Positions 1 through 11,109 are shown, counted from the stretch's first letter. The stretch: 35,312 nt of DNA from an uncultured Chloroflexia bacterium (GCA_963774265.1 CAVZDU010000004.1:1-35312), one strand, 5' to 3'. Program-made: numbers and translations. The notes: a model not told the origin generated them from the sequence alone.

Positions 1-1052
1 CGCTCCCACGTCACTCGTGACGCCGCCACTCGTGACGCCGCCTCCCGTCGCACCACCCGCGCCGATTCAGACCGGCTTGCCGCGGCAACGTCAGCAACCT
101 GGCCAAGGTTGTCAATGCAGGCCACTTCGCGGTCTGCGTTGAGGTCTCCCCGCCCGTCGGCCCGAACGTTGAAGCTATCGAGCGCGAGATCAAGACGCTT
201 AAGGGCTACGGCGACGCCTACAATGTGACCGACAACCAGTCGGCTATGGTGCACGTCTCCAGCCTTGCGGTGAGTATCATGCTCAAGCAGGCAGGCATGG
301 AGCCGGTGATCCAGTTCACCGCACGCGACCGCAACCGGCTGGGCCTCCAGGGCGATCTGTTGGGCGCCGCGGTGTTCGGCATCAACACGGTCCTGTGTCT
401 GTCGGGTGACCATCCGATCTGGGGCGACCATCCAGCGACCAAGCCTGTGTACGACATGGACTCAATCAACATCATCCGCATGGTGCGCATGATGCGGGAC
501 AACCAGGTCTTCGAGAACGGCAAGCAGATCCCCAAGAAGGCGCCCGACTTCTACATCGGCGCAGTGGAGAATCCCTTTGCGCCGCCCTACGACTACCGGC
601 CCATGCGGCTGGCAAAAAAGATCGTCGCGGGCGCGCAGTTCTTCCAGACACGGCTCATCTTCAACGTCTCCCGCTTCCGCGAGTTCATGAAGCGCGTCGT
701 GGACCTGGGCCTGCATGAGAAGTGTTTGATCCTGGCCGGCGTCGGGCCCACCAAGTCCCTCAAGGTCGCGGAATACATGAAGAACGAAGTGGCTGGCATG
801 GACGTGCCCGACTGGGTGCTCAAGCGGATGGAGGGGCTGTCTAAGGAAGACCAGCAGAAGGCCGGCCTGGATATGTGCCTCGAGATCGCGCGGCAGGTGT
901 CGGAGATCGAGGGCGTGAAGGGCCTTCACGTGATGGCGGTCAACTGGCCGGCGGCCGTGCCGCAGATCGTGCAGGGGCTCGGATTGTATCCCCGGCCGGC
1001 GATCGAGACGGCAAGCGCTGCCGCGCCTGTCCCTGCGCCGGCGTCCACTTAG
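1..1052 (+). CDS. metF: Methylenetetrahydrofolate reductase (5' end outside the window or frameshifted near 80)
   Basis: The frame of ORF 225-1052 stays open upstream (SNLAKVVNAGHFAVCVEVSPP...DAYNVTDNQ). MTHFR motifs: NVTDNQSA, RDRNRLGLQGDLLGA, LSGDHP, KKIVAGAQFFQT, GLHVMA. No in-frame start after the TGA at 33-35. Confidence 0.88.
12..41 (+). repeat. 15-bp tandem duplication CACTCGTGACGCCGC x2
   Basis: Exact copies at 12-26 and 27-41. One frame reads as a Pro-rich linker (VTPPLVTPPPVAPPAP). Confidence 0.8.
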
Positions 1053-1068
1053 CCCTCTTAACGATCAA

Positions 1069-1110
1069 GAATGAAGGCTTCAACCGACGAACGGGTTGAA
1101 GCCTTCATTC
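1069..1110. terminator. 17-bp perfect inverted repeat between convergent metF and vapC; probable bidirectional terminator or REP-like hairpin
   Basis: GAATGAAGGCTTCAACC (1069-1085) and GGTTGAAGCCTTCATTC (1094-1110), 8-nt loop. Confidence 0.65.
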
Positions 1111-1166
1111 GCTTTAAGAGTCCAGGTGGACATCGCCTCAATGCGTTTCAATCCGGTCTTGAGGCA

Positions 1167-1553
1167 TCACCAAATGGCTTCCACCCCGTACTGCGCGATC
1201 AACGGATCTCCGGTTAAGATCGGCAGGTTTTCGACCTGGCTCTGGGCAACCAGCATGCGGTCAAAGGGGTCCCGGTGATGATCCGGAAGCGATCCCACAT
1301 GGAGCGCATGGTTTAGGGCAATCGGCAGGCCCTCTATCGCGTTCAAGGCCAGTTGGGCCGGTACAAACACCGCGACAGGCTCCGAGAGGATCAGCCGGCC
1401 AAGACGCGCTTTGACGCCGATTTCCCACGCACTCGCCGCACTGAAGAAGAGGGCGTTCTCGCCGTTACTGATGATCTCCCGTGCGCGAGGCGACAACCGG
1501 GGATCATCTGTAACCCACCACAGAAAGCTATGCGTGTCCAAGAGGACTCTCAT
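1167..1553 (-). CDS. vapC: VapC family PIN-domain toxin
   Basis: LLDTHSFLW, SAASAWEI and HRDPFDRMLVAQ motifs; 128 aa; start overlaps the antitoxin stop. Confidence 0.93.
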   Translation of the reverse strand: MRVLLDTHSFLWWVTDDPRLSPRAREIISNGENALFFSAASAWEIGVKARLGRLILSEPVAVFVPAQLALNAIEGLPIALNHALHVGSLPDHHRDPFDRMLVAQSQVENLPILTGDPLIAQYGVEAIW

Positions 1554-1786
1554 TGTTCAAACGCCGCCTGCAGGTCTTCAGGCAGAGGAGCATCGAAGTC
1601 GTCAGAAACGCGCACCGCACCTGCCGCGCTCCCGGGTGTTCGTCGCGTCGTGCTGCTGACGAGCGGCACCAGCCGGGCGACCGGTTTGCCTGCCCGAGCA
1701 ATCACGATTTCCTCACCCTTGCTGACCCTTGCAAGCAACCGCGAGAAATGAGTCTTCGCTTCGTGGACATTTACGGTCTCAATCAT
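1550..1786 (-). CDS. Phd/YefM family antitoxin
   Basis: MIETVNVHEAKTHFSRLL...GEEIVIARAGKPVARLVP...DDFDAPLPE. ATG at 1786 is preceded by AGGAGAG. Confidence 0.92.
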   Translation of the reverse strand: MIETVNVHEAKTHFSRLLARVSKGEEIVIARAGKPVARLVPLVSSTTRRTPGSAAGAVRVSDDFDAPLPEDLQAAFEQ

Positions 1787-1831
1787 GCCCCATCTCTCCT
1801 TGCAGCAGCTCATCATAACCACTGTAGGGTG

Positions 1832-1860
1832 AGTATAGACTAAGTCCTGGACTAAGTCAA
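1832..1860 (-). promoter_or_regulatory. Sigma70-type promoter of vapBC-1 with two overlapping operator repeats
   Basis: Minus strand TTGACT-17 nt-TATACT. GACTAAGTC (palindromic GACT-A-AGTC) occurs at 1838-1846 and 1850-1858. Confidence 0.8.
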
Positions 1861-1982
1861 CACTTTCGGCGCCTGGTGATAGGAGTTCGGGATATCGCCT
1901 CCGCCATGTTTCCGGCCCCGAGAATCGTTACCTTCACCTTTCTGTCCGACGGGAATGGCAGGATTTCGTAGCCCATATCATC

Positions 1983-2788
1983 TCACCTCGCGACCTGGCC
2001 GCAGAACAGAGAATACGTGAAGAAGGCATAGTAGTCTGGCCGGTTGAGGATGAAGTCCGGTGACTCTATCTGACACAGGCGCCGATATTCCGCCTGTTCG
2101 GACCTTGAAAGCTCCGGCTCGGCGCCTGCCCAGCGCATCGTGAGCAGGGCGATGAGCGCCTCTCGAATGCCCTTCTCGATAGGGGCAAACACGGTGCGAA
2201 CGAAGGTTTCGGCCCAGGCATTGACCAGACCCGCCGTCCGCAGCCAGCCCAGGGTCAGCAGGTAATGGCAATCGGGCGCCATCTCCGCACCGAAAGGCGC
2301 TAGTCCCCGCGTGTCGCGTTCAGGCGCGCCTCCAGGACAGGGTAGCCCGGCAGCAGCATTTGGGACGACCAGAACAGGATCGCGACGGTGCCGCCGGGCC
2401 TGATGACGCGCGCCAGTTCGTTCAACAACCTCGAAGGGTCCGCAACTGGAGCATATCCGGCGCAATCCGCGCTCCACAACCAGTCGAAGGTGTTGTCCGC
2501 AAATGGCATCCGGGTCATGTCGCCTTCCCGAAACGAGACGCATTCCGCCAGGCCGGATTGCTCTACCAAACGGTTGGCGTGCTCCAGCAGCCGGGGCGAC
2601 AGGTCGAGGCCCGTGACATGTCCAGAGGACCCCACTGCCTCGGCCAGTCGCATGGCCTGCAGACCGATGCCGCAACCAACGTCCAGCCCTCGACTCCCCA
2701 GCGGCAGATGCAACGCCCGGATGGCGGCATCAATGACGGGCGCTGTCAGGGGATTCATCACGAACAGCACCCGCGCCTCCTGGTCCAT
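1983..2788 (-). CDS. Class I SAM-dependent methyltransferase (UbiE-like), frameshift near 2310
   Basis: LDVGCGIG, VTGLDLS, GDMTRMPFADNTFD, ELARVIRPGG. The C-terminal half continues in the frame ending at 1983 (LAPF...YYAFFTYSLFCGQV). Confidence 0.8.
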
Positions 2789-2804
2789 CTCGGACGCGCC
2801 CTCC

Positions 2805-3576
2805 TCAATCATGTTCGCCTCGCCCAAAGTGGCCATCCAGGCGGTTGAACAGCACGACCAGCAGGACAGTTGCAGCAACGAAGAGGGGACACCATATCAC
2901 CAGACTACCCAGTAAGAACACAGTCGGGTTATCCACCAGGATGCTGGCGATTGTTACGATCACCGAGAGGCCATTGAGCAAAAAGAGCCGGCCAATCCAT
3001 CGTTCAAGCCGTCCGCCGGAGAAGATAGGGGCGGCGAACAACATGGCCAGGTTCATAAACACATAGGCGGAAACCAGTGACCAGAAGATCGCGTGCGGGT
3101 TACCGTTCGCCAGCATGGATAAACCGTCTGTTTCTCCATTGATCAGGGCGCGCTCGAACAGACAGCAGTTGCGTCGCGTAGTTTACAAATGCCATAACGG
3201 CATAGATCATCGTGTAGACCAGGGCCAAGTGACTCCAAATCCGCTTCGCCGGGGCGGCGTAGTAATGCACACAGACCATCAGGGCGGCGAACGCCGGGGC
3301 GAGCATCAGCGACGGATAGAGTGGCAGCAGCCACATGGGCTGGAAAGCTGCCGCGTACGCCTCAATTCCCTGCCAGCCGGTCGCTGCTTCCCCAGATGAC
3401 AGGTTTGAAACGACCATGAGGATGACCGTCAGGCCATATCCAAAACCGAACAGTGCGGTGGCAAGCGCCGACCAGAAGCCGAGGCGTCGCAAAGCAACCC
3501 GATCTGGCTGATCTACGTTCATTGCTGCGCGGTCGTCAATAAAATCCACCGGCATTTTTGAGGCTAGTCTCTCCAT
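2805..3576 (-). CDS. Multi-pass membrane protein of unknown function, frameshift near 3140
   Basis: Two contiguous hydrophobic ORFs (3100-3603 and 2805-3116) form one polytopic protein. AGGAG precedes the ATG at 3576. Confidence 0.65.
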
Positions 3577-3624
3577 GGATTGACTCCTTTCTGGTCGCAC
3601 CACACTTTAGTCTCTGGCTATAAT

Positions 3625-4284
3625 CTAGCGCAAGCTGAATGGCGGATAGCGGTCGGTCACCAGCAGGAATGCGTAGGCACTCACCCGCAGGCCCCAGCGA
3701 CCGACGCCGACGACAAAGTCGAACAGACCTCTCGGGTATTGGCCCGTGAAGAGAATGGCGAACCAGGCAATAATCCCTGCGAACCATGCGCCAATGGCGA
3801 GGAAAGCCAGGACGACGTAGTGCGGGATCGCCAGGAACCATTTCACCAGGGGCATCCACCGGTTGAGGTCCTTGGCCACATCGGGGTAGTCGATCTCGAG
3901 GTGGACGGCCTGCTCTTCGACGGTCGACGGGTATTGGTCGGTGAGCAGGCAGAAGTAGGCGCAGACCCTGTACCCGAAGCGGGTCAGCTCGCGAGAGAAG
4001 TCGAACCACCAGCGCGGATAGCGCTGTCGAAAGATGATCATCAAGGCAGTGGCGGCAGCGATGCCGCTCACCAGCCCGCCGGCCGTGTCCCGAGTTTTCT
4101 TCACAATCTCTCCGGCCTCATTGAGGATAATCGTGTTGGTGACCGTTTCGCCGGCCCCCGAGATGAGGGCGAGGATGACGGCGATGGGAATGATCCAGAG
4201 AAGGCGGAAGAAGGTTGTCAGCCTGTCCAGTTTCTCCGGATAGTCGATCTCCAGACGAGCAGCGTATTCAGGATAATCAGCCAT
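3625..4284 (-). CDS. DUF4389 family membrane protein (two repeats)
   Basis: Repeated EIDYP...L[DN]R, YPRWWFDF / YPRGLFDF and LLTDQYP / LVTDRYPPFSL. GGAGAG precedes the ATG at 4284. Confidence 0.85.
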   Translation of the reverse strand: MADYPEYAARLEIDYPEKLDRLTTFFRLLWIIPIAVILALISGAGETVTNTIILNEAGEIVKKTRDTAGGLVSGIAAATALMIIFRQRYPRWWFDFSRELTRFGYRVCAYFCLLTDQYPSTVEEQAVHLEIDYPDVAKDLNRWMPLVKWFLAIPHYVVLAFLAIGAWFAGIIAWFAILFTGQYPRGLFDFVVGVGRWGLRVSAYAFLLVTDRYPPFSLR

Positions 4285-4362
4285 TGGAAACTCTCCTTGC
4301 ATGTGTTTGGCACCTGTCATGGTGCGAAATCGGACGGCCACGTGCGGCAGTCTGTTCTTGCT

Positions 4363-5745
4363 TCACCACACGCCTTGCGCCCTCAATTCCTCCATCGCGG
4401 CTTTATGAATCTCGATCAGCCGGGTGATGTCCTCGTCTGTGTGGGCCGTGCACATGAACCCATGATTGGGCGAGATGTGCAACCCGTTCTTGCGGTACAG
4501 CAGCCTTAGGCCGGTGTTGGCATCGCCGTCCCTCTTCCACAGATCCCGGACGCATTTGACCGGTCCACGCGTGGTGTGCATCCAGAACATGGAGCCCACG
4601 CCTGTGGCTACCGCCGGATAATCCTTTTCCTGAGCAAACCGGTTGATCTCGGTCCGGAAGCGGTCACCCATCGCATTCATGCGTGCATACAGCTGCGGCT
4701 CACTGCTCAGGCGGCGCAGGACAGCAGTCCCGGCCGCTGTGACCAGTGGGTTCCCATTGAATGTTCCCGCCATGAGGATCGAACCTGGCTCGGTATCGTA
4801 TTCCATCAGGCGCATTGCCTCGGCGGTGCCACCCACTGCGCCAAAGGGAAGACCGCCGCCCGCGACCTTGCCGTAGGCGCTCACATCAGGGATGACCCCA
4901 TAGAACTCCTGGGCCCCGCCTGGAGCCAGCCGAAAGCCGGTGATCACTTCGTCAAAGATGAGGAAGGCCCCGATCTCGCGTGTGATCCTGCGTAACTCTG
5001 ATAGGAATTCCCTGTCAGCCGGTATGGTGCCCGCGGCGCCCTGCACGGGCTCGATAATCACGCCGGCCAGCCGGTCTGCATGGCGGCGGATCTTGTCGAA
5101 GGCTGCCGGGTGATTGAAGGGCAGGACAATGGTGTCCTTCCAGGCTCCATCGGCAAGCCCGGGGCTTTCGGGAACTGCCGCCGGGTCTTCGTCGGGTCCG
5201 CTCGGATCAAGGCCTGGATGCGGCCGGCCGAGGCTGACGGCCAGCAAGATCGTGCGTACCGTGATATCCGCCCTCGAATTTCGCAATCAACGGGCGCTCT
5301 GTCGTGGCACGGGCCAGCCGTAGCGCATACATGGTTGCCTCGGTCCCTGAGTTGCAGAAGGTCACCTTGTCTACGCCCGGCGCCATGTCGCAGAACAGCT
5401 CTCGCAAACGCATATTCGTGCTCGTGGCACTGTCCATAGTGCGTCCCAGCTGGCAGCGCCTCCCTGATCGCGGCTTCGACTTCGTCCGGCTGCGTTCCCG
5501 AGGATCATGACCGAGAAGCCGAGCATGAAGTCCAGGTACTCGTTGTCATCCGCGTCCCATAGCCTGGCGCCTTTCGCCCGCTTAACCACCATCGGAAACG
5601 GATCCGCCAGCCGGAAGAGGCTCCCGACGCCCGCCGGCATGACGGTGCGGTTCCTCTGCCAGGCAGCGAACGACTTGGGGCTCTTGGCCCGTATCTCGTC
5701 GCGGTAAACGTTGAGAATCCCCGCGATTCTTTCCTTGTCAGCCAT
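4363..5745 (-). CDS. Class III PLP aminotransferase (glutamate-1-semialdehyde aminomutase-like), multiple frameshifts
   Basis: [50 protein letters not shown] and GTFNGNP, spread across ORFs 5371-5745, 5207-5437 and 4363-5286. Confidence 0.85.
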
Positions 5746-5784
5746 GGTATAGTCTCCTCTCAGGTCTTTCGGATATCGGCCCGC

Positions 5785-7051
5785 CTACTCCCCGCCATTG
5801 CGCACCCACTCGAAGGTGAGTTTCAGCACGTTGAGCAGCGGCTCGATGGTCAGGACCTCCGGCCGATCCCACTTCTGGTGATAGAAGGCCACGATCTGTT
5901 GGGGCATCTTGAAAGGAAGCAGTGTCGTAGCCTTGAGGCCGGCCTGGCTGAAGGGCCCCGCGTCGGTCCCACCTCCGCCGGTGATGGGGGGAGAGGACAC
6001 CTTGTAGGGGACCCCTGCGCGCTCCGCCGCCGCGACCACGCTTCTCAACATCTCGGGGGAATGCTTCACCCCGCGGTGGTCGGCCGTGTTGATTCTGATT
6101 TCCGGATAGGCGACCGTCTCATAATTGAGGACCCGCGCGTCGAGGCGCTTTAGCTCGTCCAGGTGGCGCGCCAGGTATTGCCGCGAGCCGCGCATGCCGG
6201 CTTCCTCGCTGCCGAAGGAGACGAACCGGATCTCCGTGTCAGCCGGGATACAGGAAGGGTTTGCCACGAGGAACCTGCACATCGCCACCGCGAGCGCGCT
6301 GGCCGAGAGATTGTCCGCCGCGCCCGGCACGGTCCCTCCGCCCTGTCCTGCCCATATTGAAGAACATCATGAAGACGATCGCGGGCACGATCGGGTAGGC
6401 CAGCAGGACCGGGCCCAGCGTCCCGGCGCGCACCGTGCCGGCGTTGCCCGTGATCACGCCCGCCAGCTGGATGACGCTCATCGCCAGCATGGCGATGTAG
6501 GCGATGAACCCCGTCGGTATGATGATATACATTGCGTAGCCCAGGAAACGAATCCAGGTGTTTTCCAGGGCGCTGTCGTGGTGGCCGCTCAGGATGAGCA
6601 CCCGCTTCACTTCTCTGGCGCCGGGCTGGCGCAGCGCGCCGATCACATTCACGGACTGGCGCTTCGGGAAGAGCGGATCGATCAGCTCATAGCAGAGCAT
6701 GAACTCGAAGACGTGCGGCAATGGCGAGAGGATGGCGAACACCAGCGCCGCGCCGGCGGTCAGCCAGGGCGAGATTCCCGGGATGCGCCCCATGGAGAGG
6801 TTCAGCAGCGCGGCGATCAGCAGGAGGGTTGCGCTCATGGGAAACGCGCCCAGGAACGCGCCCGGCGCAAGGCTGAACTCCTCGACCGCTACGTTGGCGG
6901 CCCCGAGGTGCGACTCCAGCTCCTTCTTGATGATCTCCGCCCGTTCCCGTTCCTGGGGAGTGCCGGGCGAACCGGGACCCACGTCCGTGCAGATCGTCTT
7001 AACGATATCGTAGGCATATTGGGCATCATCGGTGGTGATTATCTCTGGCAT
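5785..7051 (-). CDS. M28 family metallopeptidase with membrane segments, frameshift near 6345
   Basis: SGHHDS, GAADNLS, GSEEAGMRGS, GTDAGPF and YHQKWD motifs, plus two hydrophobic insertions. Confidence 0.82.
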
Positions 7052-7080
7052 TGGACGGTCCGCCTTTCAGTGGCCGATCA

Positions 7081-7903
7081 TCATTCACCGTTATGCGTCT
7101 CGACCAGCCCATCGCCGCTCTCGATCAGCTCCACGAGCCGCTTGACAAAGCGGGTCGCTGGAGCCCCGTCGACAACATCGTGGTCGAACATCACCGTCAG
7201 GTTGAGGATCTCGCGCGGCTCGATTCGCCCCTCGACGACGGCCGGCTTCCAGGCAGTGCTCCCCACCACCAGGGAGAGCGAGACGGGTGTTGTGGCAATC
7301 CCCCAGCCGCTATGGCCCTTGCCAAACATCCCTACCGCGGTCACATCAACCGTGCCCGCCGCCGACACACGGATCGTCGGGTCACGGCGCGTGGCCATGC
7401 TCATCAGCGCTCTAACCAGCCTGGAGAGTGGCCACGGAAGCAGCATGGCAGAACGGAACCAGTTGGGCATGCCTCTGTTCGCCGGCGCCGGTTCGGACTG
7501 TGCCGAGCGGATCTCCTCGTGGATCTCCCGGTAGGTCTTGCGGTTGGCGGCCCGGATGATATGCCCCATCAGGGCGCGCTTTTCTCCATCCTTGTGTTCG
7601 ATCATCATCCCAACGTTGACGTCGTCAAACATGACGAGCTGCTTGCGGCCTTTCAGGTAGGCCTGCACCGCCTTGTTTTCGTCCACCGCGCGGGCCAGGC
7701 AGAAGACGAGGAAACCGGTGAAGGAAAGGGTCTCACCGGTGCGCGCTTTGTGCTCCGCGATGAACTGCCGGGCGAACCGTCACGTCCACTTCCAGCAGGC
7801 CGTACATCCAATGTGTCGGTCCGGACAGGTCGAGCGTGTTCAACCACGCGCGGCGCCCCGGTGTGAGATCGACGACATGGTACGGTCCAACGTTCTTGTT
7901 CAT
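7081..7903 (-). CDS. Stand-alone 2-oxoacid dehydrogenase E2-like (CAT-fold) acyltransferase catalytic domain, no lipoyl domain; frameshift near 7777
   Basis: MNKNVGPY...GLLEVDVTV / ARQFIAEHKARTGETLSFTGF..., ending in LNLTVMFDHDVVDGAPATRF. GGAGG precedes the ATG at 7903. Confidence 0.8.
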
Positions 7904-7950
7904 TGCAAGGTACCCTCCCTATGAATCGGAAGAACGAAGTGTGTCAAGGG

Positions 7951-9430
7951 TCAGCCTCCTTGCCCGGCACCCTGCCGCCCGACAAAGGGACGGGACGGCA
8001 AGGTCTTGCCCAGGGCCCTGAGGAGCAGCCCGGTGCGCAGGACGGCCCAGATGCCCGCGAATCCGCCGCTGATCCGGGCAATCCAGGCAAGGTCGGGCAT
8101 GAAGAGGTGCAAGAAACCGAGCAGGCCGCTGGACCGCAGGTACGCCAGGATGGCCGCTAGCGACAGGTTGGGGATCAGCGGCAGCAGGACGTGCCGCCCC
8201 CACAGTGCGTCCACCGCTGGGGCGGAGCGCCGGGTCCCGGCGCCAGCGGCGCAGCGACCGCAGGGTGGCGACGACGCCGGCGATCTGGAGCAGCGGGATC
8301 AGCGGCAGGAGCGCGCATGATCCAGGGGACAAAGCCCAGCCGGATCGGAGGGGGCTGCTCGCCGGCGAGCAGGGCCGTCACGCCCGCCCCAACCTCCTGC
8401 AGTGATGGGGGGCAATCCATAGGGGTCGGCGTTGAAGAGCAGGACCACGCCTTTCTTCTGCTCCGGCAGGAGCGCCATGAAGGCGGAGAAGTCGGGGACG
8501 TTGCCGCCGTGCGAGAAGGTCTTCGTCTGGCCCAGGTCGGACGTCGAACCATCCCATGCCGTACTGTCCCACCGAGATGCCCCATCATCCAATTCCGCCG
8601 CCCCGCGGTGCAGCTCGTCGATGCCGGCGCTCGAGAGGATCTGCGCGTCCGCCCCATACCGTCCCCCGTTGAGATGGGCGATCAGGTAGTGCGCCATGTC
8701 TTCGGCGCAGGAGATGAGCTGACCGGACGGAAGCGAACCGCCCGGGATGGGCAGATCGGGCGCAGGGATGGGGTAACCGAACCAGTGGCGGTGACCCATC
8801 GGCCAGGCCATCCTGTTTCGCCGCTGCCTTCGACGTGTAGCTGTGGCTCATTTCGAGCGGGTTGAAGATGTGGTTCTGAACGTAATCGGCGTACGATTCA
8901 CCGCTGGCGGTCTCGACGATCAGCCCCAGTATGTTGTAGTTCAGGTTGCAGTACTCGGACCGTCGAGCCGACCGGGCGGGTGATCTTGAGGGTCGACAGA
9001 GCCCGCACCTGGCGCTCGAGGGCGTCCGGGCTGTCGTCGAAATCCGCCAGGGCGAGCTCCCCGGCCATCGTGGGCAGGCCGCTGGTCTGGTTCAAGCAGG
9101 TGGCGCACGGTCATCTGGGCGGATGCCTGGGGATCCGCCACTCGGAACCAGGGCAGGTAGCGCTGGACCGGGGCATCCAGCTCGACCTTGCCGGCCTCGA
9201 CCAGCTGCATCACGGCCAGGGCGGTGAATGATTTGGTGAGCGAGCCGATGAAGAAGGGCGTCTGTGGGGTAGGCGCTTCGCCGCCGGGCCGGGCTCGGCC
9301 AAAGCCGCGCGGCGTACACGATCTTGTCGCCTTCGACGATCGCGAGAGATGCACCGGGTATCTTCAGGCGGCGCATCTGCCCTTCGATGTATGCGTCGAT
9401 TGCCTCAAAGGAGGTGCTGTCTTTCATCAT
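7951..9430 (-). CDS. Serine hydrolase (class C beta-lactamase-like) with C-terminal membrane helices, several frameshifts
   Basis: FFIGSLTKSFT (SxxK), YCNLNY (YxN), HGGNVPDF and a hydrophobic C-terminus. ATG at 9430 overlaps the upstream TGA. Confidence 0.8.
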
Positions 9431-9882
9431 AGCCATGGTATCCACACTCGCTTGCAGTATTCATCCCAGGCGGCGCCGAACGTCTTGGCCAGCGCAGTCT
9501 CTTCCTCGGGCGCATATGTCCTCGATGCAACGTAGAGGACGACTCCGACCAGAGCTCCCAGCCATGTGTCGAGCAGAGAACCGAACCAGGGCAGCACCAG
9601 CAAAGCCACACTTGTGTACAGCGGGTGCTTGACCAGGGCGTAGGGTCCGCCTGTGATCAGCTCTCCCCTGGGCACCCTGGTCAGGATCAGAACGACTGAC
9701 CACAGCCATATCGTGACCCCAGGGATCAGGAGGATGATGGACAGCACCTTCAGAGCCATGGGAGGACCGCCGACACTGAACAGAGACGGCCGCAGGATGT
9801 TCAGAACCAGACCGATGACCAGGAACGGCAGCGTCAGCAGCATGATTTTGTCTCCGCTTCCGACAAGTCCTTTCAGGTTCAT
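9427..9882 (-). CDS. PEMT / isoprenylcysteine carboxyl methyltransferase family membrane protein
   Basis: LITGGPYALVKHPLY and EETALAKTFGAAWDEYCKRV. GGAGG precedes the ATG at 9882. Confidence 0.85.
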   Translation of the reverse strand: MNLKGLVGSGDKIMLLTLPFLVIGLVLNILRPSLFSVGGPPMALKVLSIILLIPGVTIWLWSVVLILTRVPRGELITGGPYALVKHPLYTSVALLVLPWFGSLLDTWLGALVGVVLYVASRTYAPEEETALAKTFGAAWDEYCKRVWIPWL

Positions 9883-9896
9883 GTTCTTTCCTCCGT

Positions 9897-10742
9897 TCAT
9901 GCCGGCTGCGCGGCAGCCATGAAGTCCCGGATAGTCCGAATGGTCTCCGCGGTCCGCTCCATTTGCGGATTGTGCCCGGCACGCTCGATCAGCACCAGCT
10001 TCGCATTCGGCAGTCGGTCCGCGAGGATCGCCTGGTGCTCCGGCGGGAACAGAAAGTCGTAGCGTCCGGCCGCCACCAGAGTAGGGGTCCGGATCTCGCC
10101 GAGCCGGTCCATCACCGACCAGCCCTTGAGAAGCTGGCCGTAGCCGAAGATGAGGGCCTCGGGTCGATACACGGTATGAGGCCCCGTGAGCATGCCGAGA
10201 GCCATGGTCAGCGGGTTCATGCCGTAGAAGTACCCGGTCCCGAATTTGATGATGGTGCGCTGGTAGTTCTCGGGAGTGATCTCGCCGTTGAAGAAACGAC
10301 GAGCCGCCTCCACGGCGCGGGCGCTGTAGCCCCGTTTCGCGAGGAGCTCAGGCGAATTCTGATTCACCCACCATTGGTCGCCGCCGGTATTCATCAATAT
10401 CAGGTGCGAGAGGCTTTGCGGATAGCGCAGCGCATACTCCAGGGCGACGTTCCCGCCGAAGGAATGTCCCAGCACCGCCCACTTGTCGAAGCCCAGCGCC
10501 TGGCGCAGCGCGTCTGCGTCCGCGGTCAGGTTCTCCCACGTCATGGAGGTGACCTCCGCCCCATCCGAGCGGCCGTTGCACCGGTGGTCATAGAAGACCA
10601 GGGTGAATCGATCCGCCAGAGACTCTAAGGGCAGCAGGGACGTGTGATCCAGGCTGGGTCCGCCGTGCATGAGCAACAACGGATAGCCGCGGCCGATCAC
10701 CTTTACGAACAGAGAGGTGTCTCGGATCGACATAGTTGTCAT
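9897..10742 (-). CDS. Alpha/beta hydrolase (proline iminopeptidase-like)
   Basis: HGGP, YDHRCNGRS, GHSFGG nucleophile elbow, GRYD, AGHNP. Confidence 0.9.
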   Translation of the reverse strand: MTTMSIRDTSLFVKVIGRGYPLLLMHGGPSLDHTSLLPLESLADRFTLVFYDHRCNGRSDGAEVTSMTWENLTADADALRQALGFDKWAVLGHSFGGNVALEYALRYPQSLSHLILMNTGGDQWWVNQNSPELLAKRGYSARAVEAARRFFNGEITPENYQRTIIKFGTGYFYGMNPLTMALGMLTGPHTVYRPEALIFGYGQLLKGWSVMDRLGEIRTPTLVAAGRYDFLFPPEHQAILADRLPNAKLVLIERAGHNPQMERTAETIRTIRDFMAAAQPA

Positions 10743-10980
10743 TGGCTGCGCTCCTTTCCTCGTTCTGCGCTACTCGAGTGCGGGGGCTCTCTCAACAATT
10801 TACATCATAGTATACGAAGAGACGGCCCGCCGGTCGCGCAGAGCCTGCACCAACGAGCCCAGCAAGCAGGTCTTCGCGCTGCGCCGGATGCGCGCCAATC
10901 TCGAATAGCTGTTCCATCCACCTCAGCCTCGCGTCAATGGCACAGGGTTGAATCAAGCGATCCGAGCAGGGGGAGCGAGC

Positions 10981-11109
10981 ATGGCGGTGCGGCTCGGAAA
11001 ATCGGACAGGCGGCCCATCGATCCCCACGCGAGCGGGCCGGCCAGCACGATGAATCCAGACGCCTGGGGCGCGTTCGACCGGACCGTCGCGGAGGCGAAG
11101 GCGGGCGGA
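10981..11109 (+). pseudogene. Possible remnant of a phage/plasmid primase-polymerase N-terminus
   Basis: RRPIDPHASGPASTMNPDAWGAFDRTVAE resembles, from recall, the K-x-P-x-[DN]P-x-TG-x-x-AS-x-x-[DN]P-x-TW-x-x-F pattern of NrS-1-type primase-polymerases. No convincing continuation. Confidence 0.35.

Noticed and set aside
2300-2302. TAG read-through (pyrrolysine) in the methyltransferase
   Set aside because: Homology continues in a different frame, so this is a frameshift.
4363-5745. Assigning hemL
   Set aside because: Only family-level similarity, and no tetrapyrrole gene context.
1983-10742. Integron cassette array
   Set aside because: Intergenic gaps are too short, no repeated attC-like palindromes are seen, and there is no integrase.
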